Positions 7,919 to 17,050 of a stretch of DNA of 64,000 nt are shown here, one piece after another. The position numbers and the translations under genes are program-made. The DNA is taken from IMG/VR virus record IMGVR_UViG_3300033073_000492, positions 10,991 to 74,990 of that record. One strand, given 5' to 3'. The stretch comes from a virus. Taxonomy: Duplodnaviria; Caudoviricetes. Every line of letters starts with the position of its first letter. Within the stretch, counting starts at the first letter, position 1. A model generated the notes under the pieces. It searched no databases, was not told the DNA's origin, and saw only the letters and a program-made list of their open reading frames with translations.

Positions 7919-8077
7919 TTACCAATGTCTGATGACACCGGCTACAATAAACATATTGGTTATAATATAACACAATACGATTAGTGTTCGTATGATAGCA
8001 ACTTTATCTGCCGTGGCGTTATCATTATGGGCTTTTTCTCCAAGAGCTTTTGCCCATAACACCCATGCCTTACGCAT
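7919..8077 (-). CDS. Small membrane protein (52 aa, MRKAWVLWAKALGEKA...VIRHW)
   Basis: Coupled ORF with one or two hydrophobic segments; below the ORF-track cutoff. Confidence 0.7.
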   Translation of the reverse strand: MRKAWVLWAKALGEKAHNDNATADKVAIIRTLIVLCYIITNMFIVAGVIRHW

Positions 8078-8378
8078 CTTGGTCATCATGACCTATGCCG
8101 TTGCTATGTTTATCTGTTGTTCTATCCAAGTCTTGAAACAATCGTTTCTCTTGGGCAGTGAGTTTATCTTTATGTGTTTTGCGTGGGTTACCACAGAGGT
8201 AACAATGTGGGTTACCGCAATCCATAGTGTGATGCTTTGCTAGACGATGGGGTTCTTTAATTGCTTTGTCACGACTGGTTAACCCATGTGCTTTAGCGAT
8301 TTTAACTTGCCTAGCAATTGCTACGTCGGTCTTATGACGGCGACGGCTATTTAGAAATTTAGCTGTTTCGTTACTCAT
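8070..8378 (-). CDS. Basic hypothetical protein with CGNPHCYLCGNP Zn motif
   Basis: Start at MSNETAK, 6 nt after TATACT. Confidence 0.75.
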   Translation of the reverse strand: MSNETAKFLNSRRRHKTDVAIARQVKIAKAHGLTSRDKAIKEPHRLAKHHTMDCGNPHCYLCGNPRKTHKDKLTAQEKRLFQDLDRTTDKHSNGIGHDDQDA

Positions 8379-8426
8379 AGTGCAAGTATATATCACCTCT
8401 GAGTTGATTCAAAAAGAAAAGGGAGA

Positions 8427-8582
8427 TTACTTACGTTGACAGTTTGGGTCTCTACACAAACCGATACGCTTAGTATCGCAATCAGGACAGTTCTTAATAG
8501 TTGTCCATTTGGGCATAAACTGAGGTTTCTCGTCTTTGCCCGGTTTGTCTAATTTACTGAAACACATTGTAGCTTCTTGCAT
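8427..8582 (-). CDS. Small Cys-rich protein (51 aa)
   Basis: SD AGGAG; CPDC...CRDPNC. Confidence 0.65.
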   Translation of the reverse strand: MQEATMCFSKLDKPGKDEKPQFMPKWTTIKNCPDCDTKRIGLCRDPNCQRK

Positions 8583-8640
8583 AGAAATTCTCCTATACAT
8601 ATACAACGCCTTACAATAAGTTTACGTTGACACGGGCAAG

Positions 8641-8668
8641 AAAAAAGGCTACCGAAGTAGCCATTTTT
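8641..8668 (-). terminator. Intrinsic terminator ending the tmRNA transcript (likely bidirectional)
   Basis: GGCTAC-TTCG-GTAGCC followed by T6; T5 on the opposite side. Confidence 0.85.
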
Positions 8669-8669
8669 G

Positions 8670-8828
8670 AGTTTCTGTTGCGAGGTATGTCTTACCCCAG
8701 GAAGCGATTAAGCTGCCAATGCGTAACTTTCGTCATTTGCATTTATTTTGTTTTGCTTGATTTAGAGTCATCGCCTACTCTGCTGTCCACTCTGTTACTC
8801 TTTGCCCTGTCGAAACCATGACAAGCCC
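8670..8828 (-). ncRNA. ssrA: Two-piece tmRNA, coding piece (5' acceptor strand plus tag ORF ANDESYALAA*)
   Basis: Begins GGGCTTG-TCATGG-TTTCGAC; ATAAAT precedes the resume codon GCA; tag at 8708-8740, 88 nt from G1; 3' end approximate. Confidence 0.9.
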
Positions 8829-8829
8829 A

Positions 8830-9018
8830 TCATAAAGAAACTTCTTTGAATACTGGCACACTTTCAGATGCCATTTTAACAAATTCAACATTGGCCGGGA
8901 AACTATCTAAAGTTCCTTTGTGACGCATCATGCTTAACTCAAATGGTCCACGCTCTAACGCATACCAGAACATTTCAGTAGCACCTTTGTCAATTTGTTG
9001 TTGAAAATATTGATTCAT
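8830..9018 (-). CDS. 62-aa ORF inside the tmRNA intervening segment
   Basis: SD TAAGGA directly after the CCA end; TGA stop 1 nt before tmRNA G1. Confidence 0.7.
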   Translation of the reverse strand: MNQYFQQQIDKGATEMFWYALERGPFELSMMRHKGTLDSFPANVEFVKMASESVPVFKEVSL

Positions 9019-9030
9019 TAAACTTCCTTA

Positions 9031-9096
9031 TGGTGGACCTGGCGGGAGTCGAACCCGCGTCCAGAACACTTTTCTCTTTGCTTCATACAGCAATAA
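9031..9096 (-). ncRNA. ssrA: Two-piece tmRNA, acceptor piece (T arm, 3' acceptor strand, CCA)
   Basis: ...TCTGGAC-GCGGG-TTCGACT-CCCGC-CAGGTCC-ACCA; pairs with GGGCTTG giving the G3:U70 Ala determinant; 5' end approximate. Confidence 0.9.
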
Positions 9097-9101
9097 CCCA
9101 T

Positions 9102-9130
9102 ACTATAGCACAGTACCGAAATACTGTCAA
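9102..9130 (-). promoter_or_regulatory. Sigma70-type promoter of the permuted tmRNA, TTGACA-N17-TATAGT
   Basis: Near-consensus, directly upstream of the acceptor piece. Confidence 0.85.
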
Positions 9131-9145
9131 TAGTCACTTACCCAT

Positions 9146-9238
9146 TTATTCGCCATCTTCGTGCTTATCGTGCCAATCCATTAACCAATAGATTGACCAA
9201 GCACAAACTATAGCGATGAATAACCAAAAGTATATCAT
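9146..9238 (-). CDS. Small membrane protein (30 aa, MIYFWLFIAIVCAWSIYWLMDWHDKHEDGE)
   Basis: ATAAATA at 9245-9251, 6 nt upstream; single TM helix. Confidence 0.6.
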   Translation of the reverse strand: MIYFWLFIAIVCAWSIYWLMDWHDKHEDGE

Positions 9239-12200
9239 AGTACATATTTATCTCGGTAGTAGTTATTCAACCACTCCCATTCATATGTTAAACGTAATTG
9301 TTCCATACTTCCGTTGACACTATCATAGTACTCAATTGCATCTAGTGCCCCGTTGATACTATCTTCCCCGTACTTACCATTACCCACAGTACACCATGTT
9401 TTCAATCTACTGATAGAAACACTATCATCCGGGTTGTTCACTATAGTGTCTTTTAACTTGACGCATTCTCTAAACGCAGTACGCCATGTACTATAACTAT
9501 CAGTATCGAATCTAGCTTTACCACTAACAATCTTAACTACTTCGTGCAAACTATCTAATGTAAAGTCTAACCCAATACCCGGATTATCTAATACAAGTTT
9601 CTTGTTATATGCAATCATAGCTTGGTGACCGTATACTAATCCATTGACCGGGTTACGTGCGTGAAAGATATAGTGCTTACGTTCTTGTAATCTATCGGGT
9701 TGCCATTCAAAGTCAAAGTGCTTATCGACTTCTAGTTTAGCGAACACACTAAAGAACCAAGGAGTATTGCTGGCTTGAGCAGCCGCATGATATGCGTTAG
9801 CTCTACCGTTTACCCCATCAACTCTCACGATTCTATTGTCAAATTTTCTAGCAATATCACACAATCTATCATAGTGTTCGTCAGCACGTTCTTCCCCATT
9901 GCTTAAGAACACAATGTCTAATGGGTGTGTGTCACTCATGTGTTTTGTATCAATGTATGGGTAATCATATACATCACCCTTGATAACATCTTTAGCTGTT
10001 TTGGGCACAACGATTCTACTTGCACCCTTGTTAGTTACAAGCACATCACACTTGTCCATATCCCACACGTTCAATGGTTCGTACATATTGTCAACATACT
10101 CAGTAGTTTGGAACACAGCATACGGGAACTGATAGTCATAGTTGACTAACTCTGTTTGACTATCTTCTACATTAAAGACTGGACAAGGTAATCGTTTAAC
10201 TCTTTGATGACGGTTATAGTTTACTTTGTCAAACTCTGATAGACTATCAATAGAAGTAATACCCTCACGTAGTTTGTTTACATCTATTAAGAATGTGTCA
10301 CCATACTGTTGATGTTCGCTAGGGAACACATGTAGTTGTTCTTTCGCATATGGGTCTGGGATGTATGTAAAGTCAAATTCAAGATAGTCACAAATGCTAG
10401 AGCATACCCAAATATAATGTTCTTTACGTTGAGCCATCTCAGTTAACATATTCTTAAATGTATTCAAGTAACTATGTTCGTACTTAACAACTGTTACTGA
10501 CCTATTTGTTTTAGCTAGTAGTAACTCTTTGATATGTTCTGTCTTATCGTTGCCGTGGTCAACTAAGACAATATCATGTAGACAAGATGTTATCTTAGTT
10601 CGTTTATCCTTGACAAAGTTAAGCATATTCAAGTGCTCAATAACCTTAACATACTTTGTGCTTTCAGTGAACGTATTCTTGTTAACTAGATATGTGTTGC
10701 CCCAATGACTCCATTGTGTTCCAAACACATGAACCATTTTCATCTGCCATGGGTTAGGGTTATAGTCAAACGTAAAGTCTGTATAGTCTAGTTCACTATT
10801 CAATACCCAGAACAATTCTGTCTCGCTCTTAATCAAGCAACGACTGATAGTGTCAACCCATGACAATAAGTAACGTGTCTTTTGTAGTTGCGGGAAACGT
10901 TCTTTGAGTTTTAGATACTTCTCGTTACTACCCTGATTACCTCTATCCACATACATCATTGAACGTGTAACAACTTTCTCAATTGCTACTTCTTCTGTTT
11001 CTCGTACAGTTAGTAATGTCCTATCATACTCTACGTTAACAGTATTCTCACTGTCCATATTGTATACAGGGCCATCAACGCCCCACACATAGTTACTAGG
11101 TTCATGCTTAGGGTTTGGTCTCCAACTAAAGTCAAATAGTGTTTTGTCTAAGTTGTTTCTAATTGTCCACAATGACATAACACTCTTTGTAGTAGCAATA
11201 GGATAGTCCATGAACTTATACTCTGTTGCATCTTTAACTCTGTACATTACAGTTGGTTCTGTCTCTGCATCGTTGTACTTGTTACCGAACACATATATGA
11301 ATGGGGGCTCGGTAGGATCGGGGCGCCAACTAAAGTCAAACTTAGTGACGGGTATAATGATTTCCCACGATTCATCTTTCTCGTTGTTCTTTACTGTAGC
11401 TACTTCTGTTTCGATATAGTTACAATCTGTTGCTCCGGGTACAGTATAGATAACTGTGGGTTCTACATAACAACTGTTCCATTGATTACCCCACACATAC
11501 TTGTAGGGAGGACTCTTTGGATGTGGTCTAAAGCTATAGTCAAAGTTAACTACGGGAATCAATGTCTCAAAGTTACTAGTATCACTGGCAACTCTAGCAA
11601 CAGTATCAGTCACATACTTTGTTTGCTCTATGTGATTGTTATAGATAACTGTGGGTTCGTCATAACAATCGTTCCATTGATTGCCCCATACATATCTATA
11701 GACAGGGTCATATGGGTGTGGACGCCATGTATAGTCAAAGTCTACAACGGGTATCAATGTAGTCCATTTACTCATGTCTGCTATTGTTCTAGCAACTGTA
11801 TCAGTCACATACTTATACTGTGTTGCGCCCGGAACTACATATTGAATCGTGGGTTCAGTAACACTATCATACCACTGATTACCGAACACATATATGAACG
11901 GAGGTTCAGTTGGGTCTGGATGCCAACTATAGTCAAACGTTGATTCTATATCTAAGAACTTAACCCATCTATCGTTTATCTCATTCTTACGTTTAACGGG
12001 TGGTACATCTGTGCGATATACAATTACATCTGTCTTATGCTTAGGGCACAACCATGTACCACCATCTTTCTGATGCTGACTAGGAAATGCATTGATATAT
12101 TCTTCTTGCCATACATCTTCATCAGGAAGTGTTTCAAAGTCAAAGTCCCAATCAAAGTTAGTATAGTCACTATAACTATTAATGATCCAATAGTGGCTAG

Positions 12201-12294
12201 AAGAGGCTAACTGTCTAGCCTCTTCTAATGTTTCAACTTTTGTTTCTCGGGGATGACTGTTAGGCTTATCCCCTATATAGAATACATCTCTCAT
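9235..12294 (-). CDS. 1019-aa protein with ~66-aa Trp/Pro-rich repeats and a C-terminal GT-A-like domain
   Basis: FDYSW(R/H)PDP..PP..YV(F/W)GNQW repeats; C-terminus DIVFLS...VDGVNG...TWRTAFRECVKL, paralogous to 22545-23492. Confidence 0.75.
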   Translation of the reverse strand: MRDVFYIGDKPNSHPRETKVETLEEARQLASSSHYWIINSYSDYTNFDWDFDFETLPDEDVWQEEYINAFPSQHQKDGGTWLCPKHKTDVIVYRTDVPPVKRKNEINDRWVKFLDIESTFDYSWHPDPTEPPFIYVFGNQWYDSVTEPTIQYVVPGATQYKYVTDTVARTIADMSKWTTLIPVVDFDYTWRPHPYDPVYRYVWGNQWNDCYDEPTVIYNNHIEQTKYVTDTVARVASDTSNFETLIPVVNFDYSFRPHPKSPPYKYVWGNQWNSCYVEPTVIYTVPGATDCNYIETEVATVKNNEKDESWEIIIPVTKFDFSWRPDPTEPPFIYVFGNKYNDAETEPTVMYRVKDATEYKFMDYPIATTKSVMSLWTIRNNLDKTLFDFSWRPNPKHEPSNYVWGVDGPVYNMDSENTVNVEYDRTLLTVRETEEVAIEKVVTRSMMYVDRGNQGSNEKYLKLKERFPQLQKTRYLLSWVDTISRCLIKSETELFWVLNSELDYTDFTFDYNPNPWQMKMVHVFGTQWSHWGNTYLVNKNTFTESTKYVKVIEHLNMLNFVKDKRTKITSCLHDIVLVDHGNDKTEHIKELLLAKTNRSVTVVKYEHSYLNTFKNMLTEMAQRKEHYIWVCSSICDYLEFDFTYIPDPYAKEQLHVFPSEHQQYGDTFLIDVNKLREGITSIDSLSEFDKVNYNRHQRVKRLPCPVFNVEDSQTELVNYDYQFPYAVFQTTEYVDNMYEPLNVWDMDKCDVLVTNKGASRIVVPKTAKDVIKGDVYDYPYIDTKHMSDTHPLDIVFLSNGEERADEHYDRLCDIARKFDNRIVRVDGVNGRANAYHAAAQASNTPWFFSVFAKLEVDKHFDFEWQPDRLQERKHYIFHARNPVNGLVYGHQAMIAYNKKLVLDNPGIGLDFTLDSLHEVVKIVSGKARFDTDSYSTWRTAFRECVKLKDTIVNNPDDSVSISRLKTWCTVGNGKYGEDSINGALDAIEYYDSVNGSMEQLRLTYEWEWLNNYYRDKYVL

Positions 12295-13778
12295 TAGGAT
12301 TTGACACTCACATTATATCTAACTTCAAATCTATCTGCATCACTACGGTCATTGACCATTGGCTCCCCACGTATGTTTAAACTTGTGTTCAACAACATGG
12401 GGCAACCAGTTAATACAAACCATTTTTCCAAGAGTTCTCTGATGCCGCTTCCGTCTCTGGGCACAGTTTGTACACGACTAGTCCCGTCATTATGAACGAT
12501 AGCAGGAAATAAGTCAGGGTGCCTACAAGTAGCGATGACTTGCATATACCTACTGTCACTCCAATTATCAGGCATAATAAAATACTGGTCAACCATCTCT
12601 TCCAGAATAACTGGCGCAAAGGGTCTGAATTGTTGTCTACGTTTAATTTCATTTACAGTCTCCTTAATCTTGCTGCCGCGAGGGTCTGCCAAGAGCGAAC
12701 GGTTTCCAAGTGCTCTGGGGCCGAACTCGGCTCGTCCGGATGCCACTCCCACAATAGACCTAACAAGTAAGTCATCAAGGATATCATTAACAGGATAATC
12801 ACCAGGTATATTGTGCCCAAGAAAACTATTGGTAAAGTTAACTCTGCGCCCATAAGCCAAAGCGGCAGCACCAACGCTAGACCCAGCGTCACCGGGATTA
12901 GGCATAATCCATATTTGTTCAAAATATTCTCCTAACAATCTATTAGCAAGACAGTTTAATGCTACGCCACCACCATACACAAGATTCTTGCTCTTACCAA
13001 GTATTCTTGCTTTAGCCATTACATTCATAATCAAGTGTTCAACTAATAGTTGACTACTTGCGGCAATGTCCATATCATCTACACCCTCTAACAAATTGTC
13101 AGGGGTTCCCAGATGCAAATTGTGTTTAAAGTCTAACTCTTTACTATCTTCAAGTAACTCTAAGTGTAAATCACTATAGTATCTAGTAGACCCATAAGCT
13201 GCCATGCCCATTAATATATATTCTTCGTCAAGCGGCTTTAAGCCCACTCGTTTAGTCATAGCACTATAGAACAATCCAATACTGTCTGGATACTTTTTAC
13301 TGTATAACTTCTTATACTGTGCGTATCCGTTCATATCGTAAGTGGCATCGTATATTGTAATAGTTTCAAACTCTCCGATAGCGTCAATCACTACAACTGT
13401 TGCGTCATCGAAGGGGCTAGTCTGAAACCCTGCAGCCGCATGTGACAAATGATGCCCGTGCGTGTGAATCTTTTTCTTGCCTAGTGCATTATAAGCTGAT
13501 TGCCCAACATGATATTTTGCGCTTAAGCTACCCAACTTAGGACTTTCACCCGAGCGCAATTGACGCAAGAACTTGAGTAATGGCTTCTCATAATAGTGAA
13601 CTGAATAGTTATCTCCCGCATATTGTAATGCATCTTGTACTAACCCAATATCAATATGCTTATCATGCTTGATACCACTATATCTTTCGCTGTGCCCAGC
13701 AAAGACTAAGTTCCCATTGTCGTCAATAACTGACATTGCGGCATCGTGAAAACCACATGATATTCCTATATAACTCAT
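12294..13778 (-). CDS. Carbamoyltransferase (NodU/CmcH/TobZ family)
   Basis: GFHDAA, SERYSG, HHLSHAA, GGVALNC, PGDAG, EFGPRALGNRS, RPFAP, LLNTSLN. Confidence 0.95.
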   Translation of the reverse strand: MSYIGISCGFHDAAMSVIDDNGNLVFAGHSERYSGIKHDKHIDIGLVQDALQYAGDNYSVHYYEKPLLKFLRQLRSGESPKLGSLSAKYHVGQSAYNALGKKKIHTHGHHLSHAAAGFQTSPFDDATVVVIDAIGEFETITIYDATYDMNGYAQYKKLYSKKYPDSIGLFYSAMTKRVGLKPLDEEYILMGMAAYGSTRYYSDLHLELLEDSKELDFKHNLHLGTPDNLLEGVDDMDIAASSQLLVEHLIMNVMAKARILGKSKNLVYGGGVALNCLANRLLGEYFEQIWIMPNPGDAGSSVGAAALAYGRRVNFTNSFLGHNIPGDYPVNDILDDLLVRSIVGVASGRAEFGPRALGNRSLLADPRGSKIKETVNEIKRRQQFRPFAPVILEEMVDQYFIMPDNWSDSRYMQVIATCRHPDLFPAIVHNDGTSRVQTVPRDGSGIRELLEKWFVLTGCPMLLNTSLNIRGEPMVNDRSDADRFEVRYNVSVKS

Positions 13779-14533
13779 AATCTTTTTGGCTTAAAGTATT
13801 TGGTAAAGTCTGTTTGTTTTGGTACATAAAAGTCTGAGAAGTCTAGCTCTGTACCCATCTTTATCTTATTAATTATCTGATTTGCCAAGAGCCTATGATT
13901 TTCTTCGGTCATATGATTTCTGCGGATATCATCATATTGTTTACGCATCTCAGCATAGTCACTACCTCTGAAGAATACTTCATTTTCCTTATGGTATATA
14001 TCATATAATGATGTTCCTCTAGAACCATAGAAGTTAAACGTATCAACTAACATTAAATCATCACCCAAAATCTTACGGATCTTGTCTAATAAAGCCCCAT
14101 GTTTAAACTGTTCTTCTTTACTATCTTGCATATAAACAAGATAGTCACGGGCACTAACTAATAACCTAGCTTCTTCTTCGTCGGGGTTAGTTCGTATAGA
14201 CATTTCCCATAATTGATGCTCGATTGCGGCTAGAGTAGTGAACTTAATCTTGCCCGCTGATACACTATTAGCAACAAATCTACCCGGGTGAGTTACAAAC
14301 AATATAACTTTCGTGCCCGGTTTATATAATTTGTTAATCTTAGTGAACGCATCCCATAAGCTAGTGCCACCTTCCCCATAACTAGTGACACTATTAAACT
14401 CCCCGCACTCACGCAATAACTTGTGATAGCTTAATAAACTATGTACACTATTATATAAGTAATGACTTGAGGGAAAACCGTCTAAGAACTCTTCGGCAAA
14501 ACTATCGCCGAATATTACTACGTCTGGCTTCAT
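13775..14533 (-). CDS. SGNH-hydrolase-like protein
   Basis: FGDSF block I, GGTS, C-terminal NHM. Confidence 0.55.
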   Translation of the reverse strand: MKPDVVIFGDSFAEEFLDGFPSSHYLYNSVHSLLSYHKLLRECGEFNSVTSYGEGGTSLWDAFTKINKLYKPGTKVILFVTHPGRFVANSVSAGKIKFTTLAAIEHQLWEMSIRTNPDEEEARLLVSARDYLVYMQDSKEEQFKHGALLDKIRKILGDDLMLVDTFNFYGSRGTSLYDIYHKENEVFFRGSDYAEMRKQYDDIRRNHMTEENHRLLANQIINKIKMGTELDFSDFYVPKQTDFTKYFKPKRL

Positions 14534-14534
14534 A

Positions 14535-14630
14535 TCAATAGATAAATGGGTCTCTGCCACGTAGTTCTTTCAAGCGTTTGCGATGCTTGTATTCCCTGAT
14601 AATTCGTTTGAAAAAGTTGATAATAAACAT
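14535..14630 (-). CDS. Small basic protein (31 aa, MFIINFFKRIIREYKHRKRLKELRGRDPFIY)
   Basis: Fills the gap between coupled genes; amphipathic and basic. Confidence 0.6.
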   Translation of the reverse strand: MFIINFFKRIIREYKHRKRLKELRGRDPFIY

Positions 14631-14634
14631 AGAC

Positions 14635-16137
14635 TTATTTATAGTCATTGCCCACGTACTTAATGAATTCGGGAAATACTTCTAATAGATTTGTATTGTT
14701 CCTAGCATCATATTGTTTAAAGTATTCAATAAAGTTATTACGGTTTAAGATAGTATTCATACGCTTATCCTGCATGACTGCTAGGTTACGTTCTAATTTG
14801 TCTATTTCAAAGTCATAGAACCCAACAAAGTCACCCTTGTCCATGTTCTCAGCCATGAATACAATAGCTTCCTCAATATAAACATCATACTCTTCAGGAA
14901 GTATCTGGATACTTTGCCATTCTGGGTTACGCAATAACGGGATATCGAACCATACACGTTGTCTAGGGTTCACAACATAGTCTGGGTGCTTAGTATATGG
15001 GTCAACAATAGGTATATGTTTAGTCCCTTGATTGTCTCTGCTAAACTCTCTACGTACTTCTAACACATATTGCATGAACTCTTTAATTCTAGGTACGCTT
15101 AAACAATTAAATGTATTAATGAAGGTTACGTTAGTATTCACAGTACTATTCATAAACTTACTTACATTCGATTTCATTAGTTCAAAGTCTAACCCCTTAC
15201 GTATATACTCAGCTTGATTGCCCACACTGTCTACACTAACGAACAAACTAAAGTGTTTCAGTGCCATGTTCACATACCAGTGATTACCCGAGCCAGGGTT
15301 AAACTTCTCTTTGTCTTCCCATATTTGAATTTCTTCTAGTTTCTGAACTTTATCAATGAACTTATCCATTAATTCTGTTCTTGGGGGACACATATTAGTT
15401 GTCACGCTCATCTCTAATGAACTGTTAGGGTTCTCATAGATATAATCTAACACTTTGAAGGTGTTTACATCCATTAATGGTTCGCCACCAGTCACTCTAA
15501 ACACTTCAAGTTTCTTATACAAGTCTGGCCACCATTGCCAGAAAGCATTAACGTAGGGGTTGTCACTTTGTTTAACTTGTAACGGCATCATATCACGTAG
15601 ATATTCAATATCATTGTGCTTAGTCTTTAAGCCATTCTTATCTGTAACTGTGTAGGCTCCGTACTTCATAATATCCTGCTCCCACGTTGTACTTAAATGG
15701 GGACTACAGTACATACATTTAAAGTTACAGGCTTGATTAAAGTTTACTTCTACATAACGTGGGTCAATATTACCCTTGTCCATTACTTTTAATATATCTT
15801 TGCGACTATTCTGTGCCCAGTCTTCCCCCGAACGATATATTCTATCGCTACGGCCACCCACATCTTCAATACGCCAGCAGTATTCACAGCCCTTGGGTCT
15901 TTCCCCATTGAGCATCATTGTACGTTCTAGTTTCTTTTGCTCTGTATTATGTAAATTGCTAGGGTTATGCTTGATTGAATCTACATCTATCTTATGCAAT
16001 GGAGGATGGTAACAACTGTTAGTCATCCCGTTAGTTAAATGTAACGATACTTGCGCCCACTTAGCATAGCACATTGTTTTGCTAATGAACTTTAACTGAT
16101 GCTCTGCTTTATCGGCGTTTTGATTATAATCACTCAT
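14635..16137 (-). CDS. Radical SAM protein with N-terminal SPASM/twitch-like Cys cluster
   Basis: CYAKW...SCYHP, CEYCW, ACNFKCMYC, TGGEP. Confidence 0.9.
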   Translation of the reverse strand: MSDYNQNADKAEHQLKFISKTMCYAKWAQVSLHLTNGMTNSCYHPPLHKIDVDSIKHNPSNLHNTEQKKLERTMMLNGERPKGCEYCWRIEDVGGRSDRIYRSGEDWAQNSRKDILKVMDKGNIDPRYVEVNFNQACNFKCMYCSPHLSTTWEQDIMKYGAYTVTDKNGLKTKHNDIEYLRDMMPLQVKQSDNPYVNAFWQWWPDLYKKLEVFRVTGGEPLMDVNTFKVLDYIYENPNSSLEMSVTTNMCPPRTELMDKFIDKVQKLEEIQIWEDKEKFNPGSGNHWYVNMALKHFSLFVSVDSVGNQAEYIRKGLDFELMKSNVSKFMNSTVNTNVTFINTFNCLSVPRIKEFMQYVLEVRREFSRDNQGTKHIPIVDPYTKHPDYVVNPRQRVWFDIPLLRNPEWQSIQILPEEYDVYIEEAIVFMAENMDKGDFVGFYDFEIDKLERNLAVMQDKRMNTILNRNNFIEYFKQYDARNNTNLLEVFPEFIKYVGNDYK

Positions 16138-17050
16138 CTTTAAACTTATTGTATATGAAGTCAGCGATTTCTATACTATTACCCTCACCTGGGTGTACGC
16201 AATCTCTGGCTTTATTGTCTATTGTAAAGAATTTATCCGACCTTGTATAGTGTGCAGTTAACCCAAAGAAGGATATCTTACTATATTTGGTTCTACCCTC
16301 AAACATAGCGTCAGTATAACTTGACCAATAATAGTTCTTAGCTAGTTCGTTACCCGGATCCATGAACGTCATCTCCCAGTGCTTAACTAAGTCAACATCC
16401 CCTGACACTTTCTCTTTGCTTCTATCTCCCCCTGTCCAAGGGCCCAAGTCACTATAATTATTAGGACTATAGAATCTAAATCTATCAGTAGTAGACCAAT
16501 TAATAACGACTCCATAGGGCATTGGAAAGTTCTTTATTAGTGCCGCACAGTTATTAACGATTAATTCATTAGAACCGCTGGGTACTCCTAGATTAACTAC
16601 ATACTTGCCGGTCTTTTGTTGTATATGATGTGCAATTGTCTCATCTTCCGCTAAGCCTACACCGAATGTGCAACTGCATCCTAACAATACAATAGAGTTT
16701 TCCCAGTCAATCTCATCCCATTCTTTGGTTCTATACCCACTACTATTAACAATATACTTTACTCTTTTGGTACGATACTTCCAATCAGGGGGCATTACTT
16801 TTAAGTTATTTTGTAACTCATTGGGACCATCCATACCCGAATAGCTATTAGACCCATGCGTTAAACTGTTCACGTGCGTGAAGGGATATTGTTTATTCTC
16901 TATATACCCGGGGATAGGAATCTGTGAAAACTGTCTAGCAGGCCATTGTACATACTCAAAGTTATACTTGCCATCATCAATATGGTCTCTGCTGATACTA
17001 GCCCAATCGGGTATAGGGGTATTTTGATTATTGTTTAGTGATGAACTCAT
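16130..17050 (-). CDS. SGNH-like hypothetical protein
   Basis: LGCSCTFG, NLGVPSGSN, C-terminal D-x-x-HPG. Confidence 0.55.
   Translation of the reverse strand: MSSSLNNNQNTPIPDWASISRDHIDDGKYNFEYVQWPARQFSQIPIPGYIENKQYPFTHVNSLTHGSNSYSGMDGPNELQNNLKVMPPDWKYRTKRVKYIVNSSGYRTKEWDEIDWENSIVLLGCSCTFGVGLAEDETIAHHIQQKTGKYVVNLGVPSGSNELIVNNCAALIKNFPMPYGVVINWSTTDRFRFYSPNNYSDLGPWTGGDRSKEKVSGDVDLVKHWEMTFMDPGNELAKNYYWSSYTDAMFEGRTKYSKISFFGLTAHYTRSDKFFTIDNKARDCVHPGEGNSIEIADFIYNKFKDE

Noticed and set aside
7992-8821. Plus-strand ORFs 7992-8243 and 8627-8821
   Set aside because: They are antisense to better-supported minus-strand genes and to the tmRNA coding piece and terminator.
9031-9070. Ordinary tRNA gene or integration-site (att) remnant
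   Set aside because: There is no D or anticodon arm upstream. The segment pairs with the downstream GGGCTTG piece and has its own promoter, so it is explained as the tmRNA acceptor piece.
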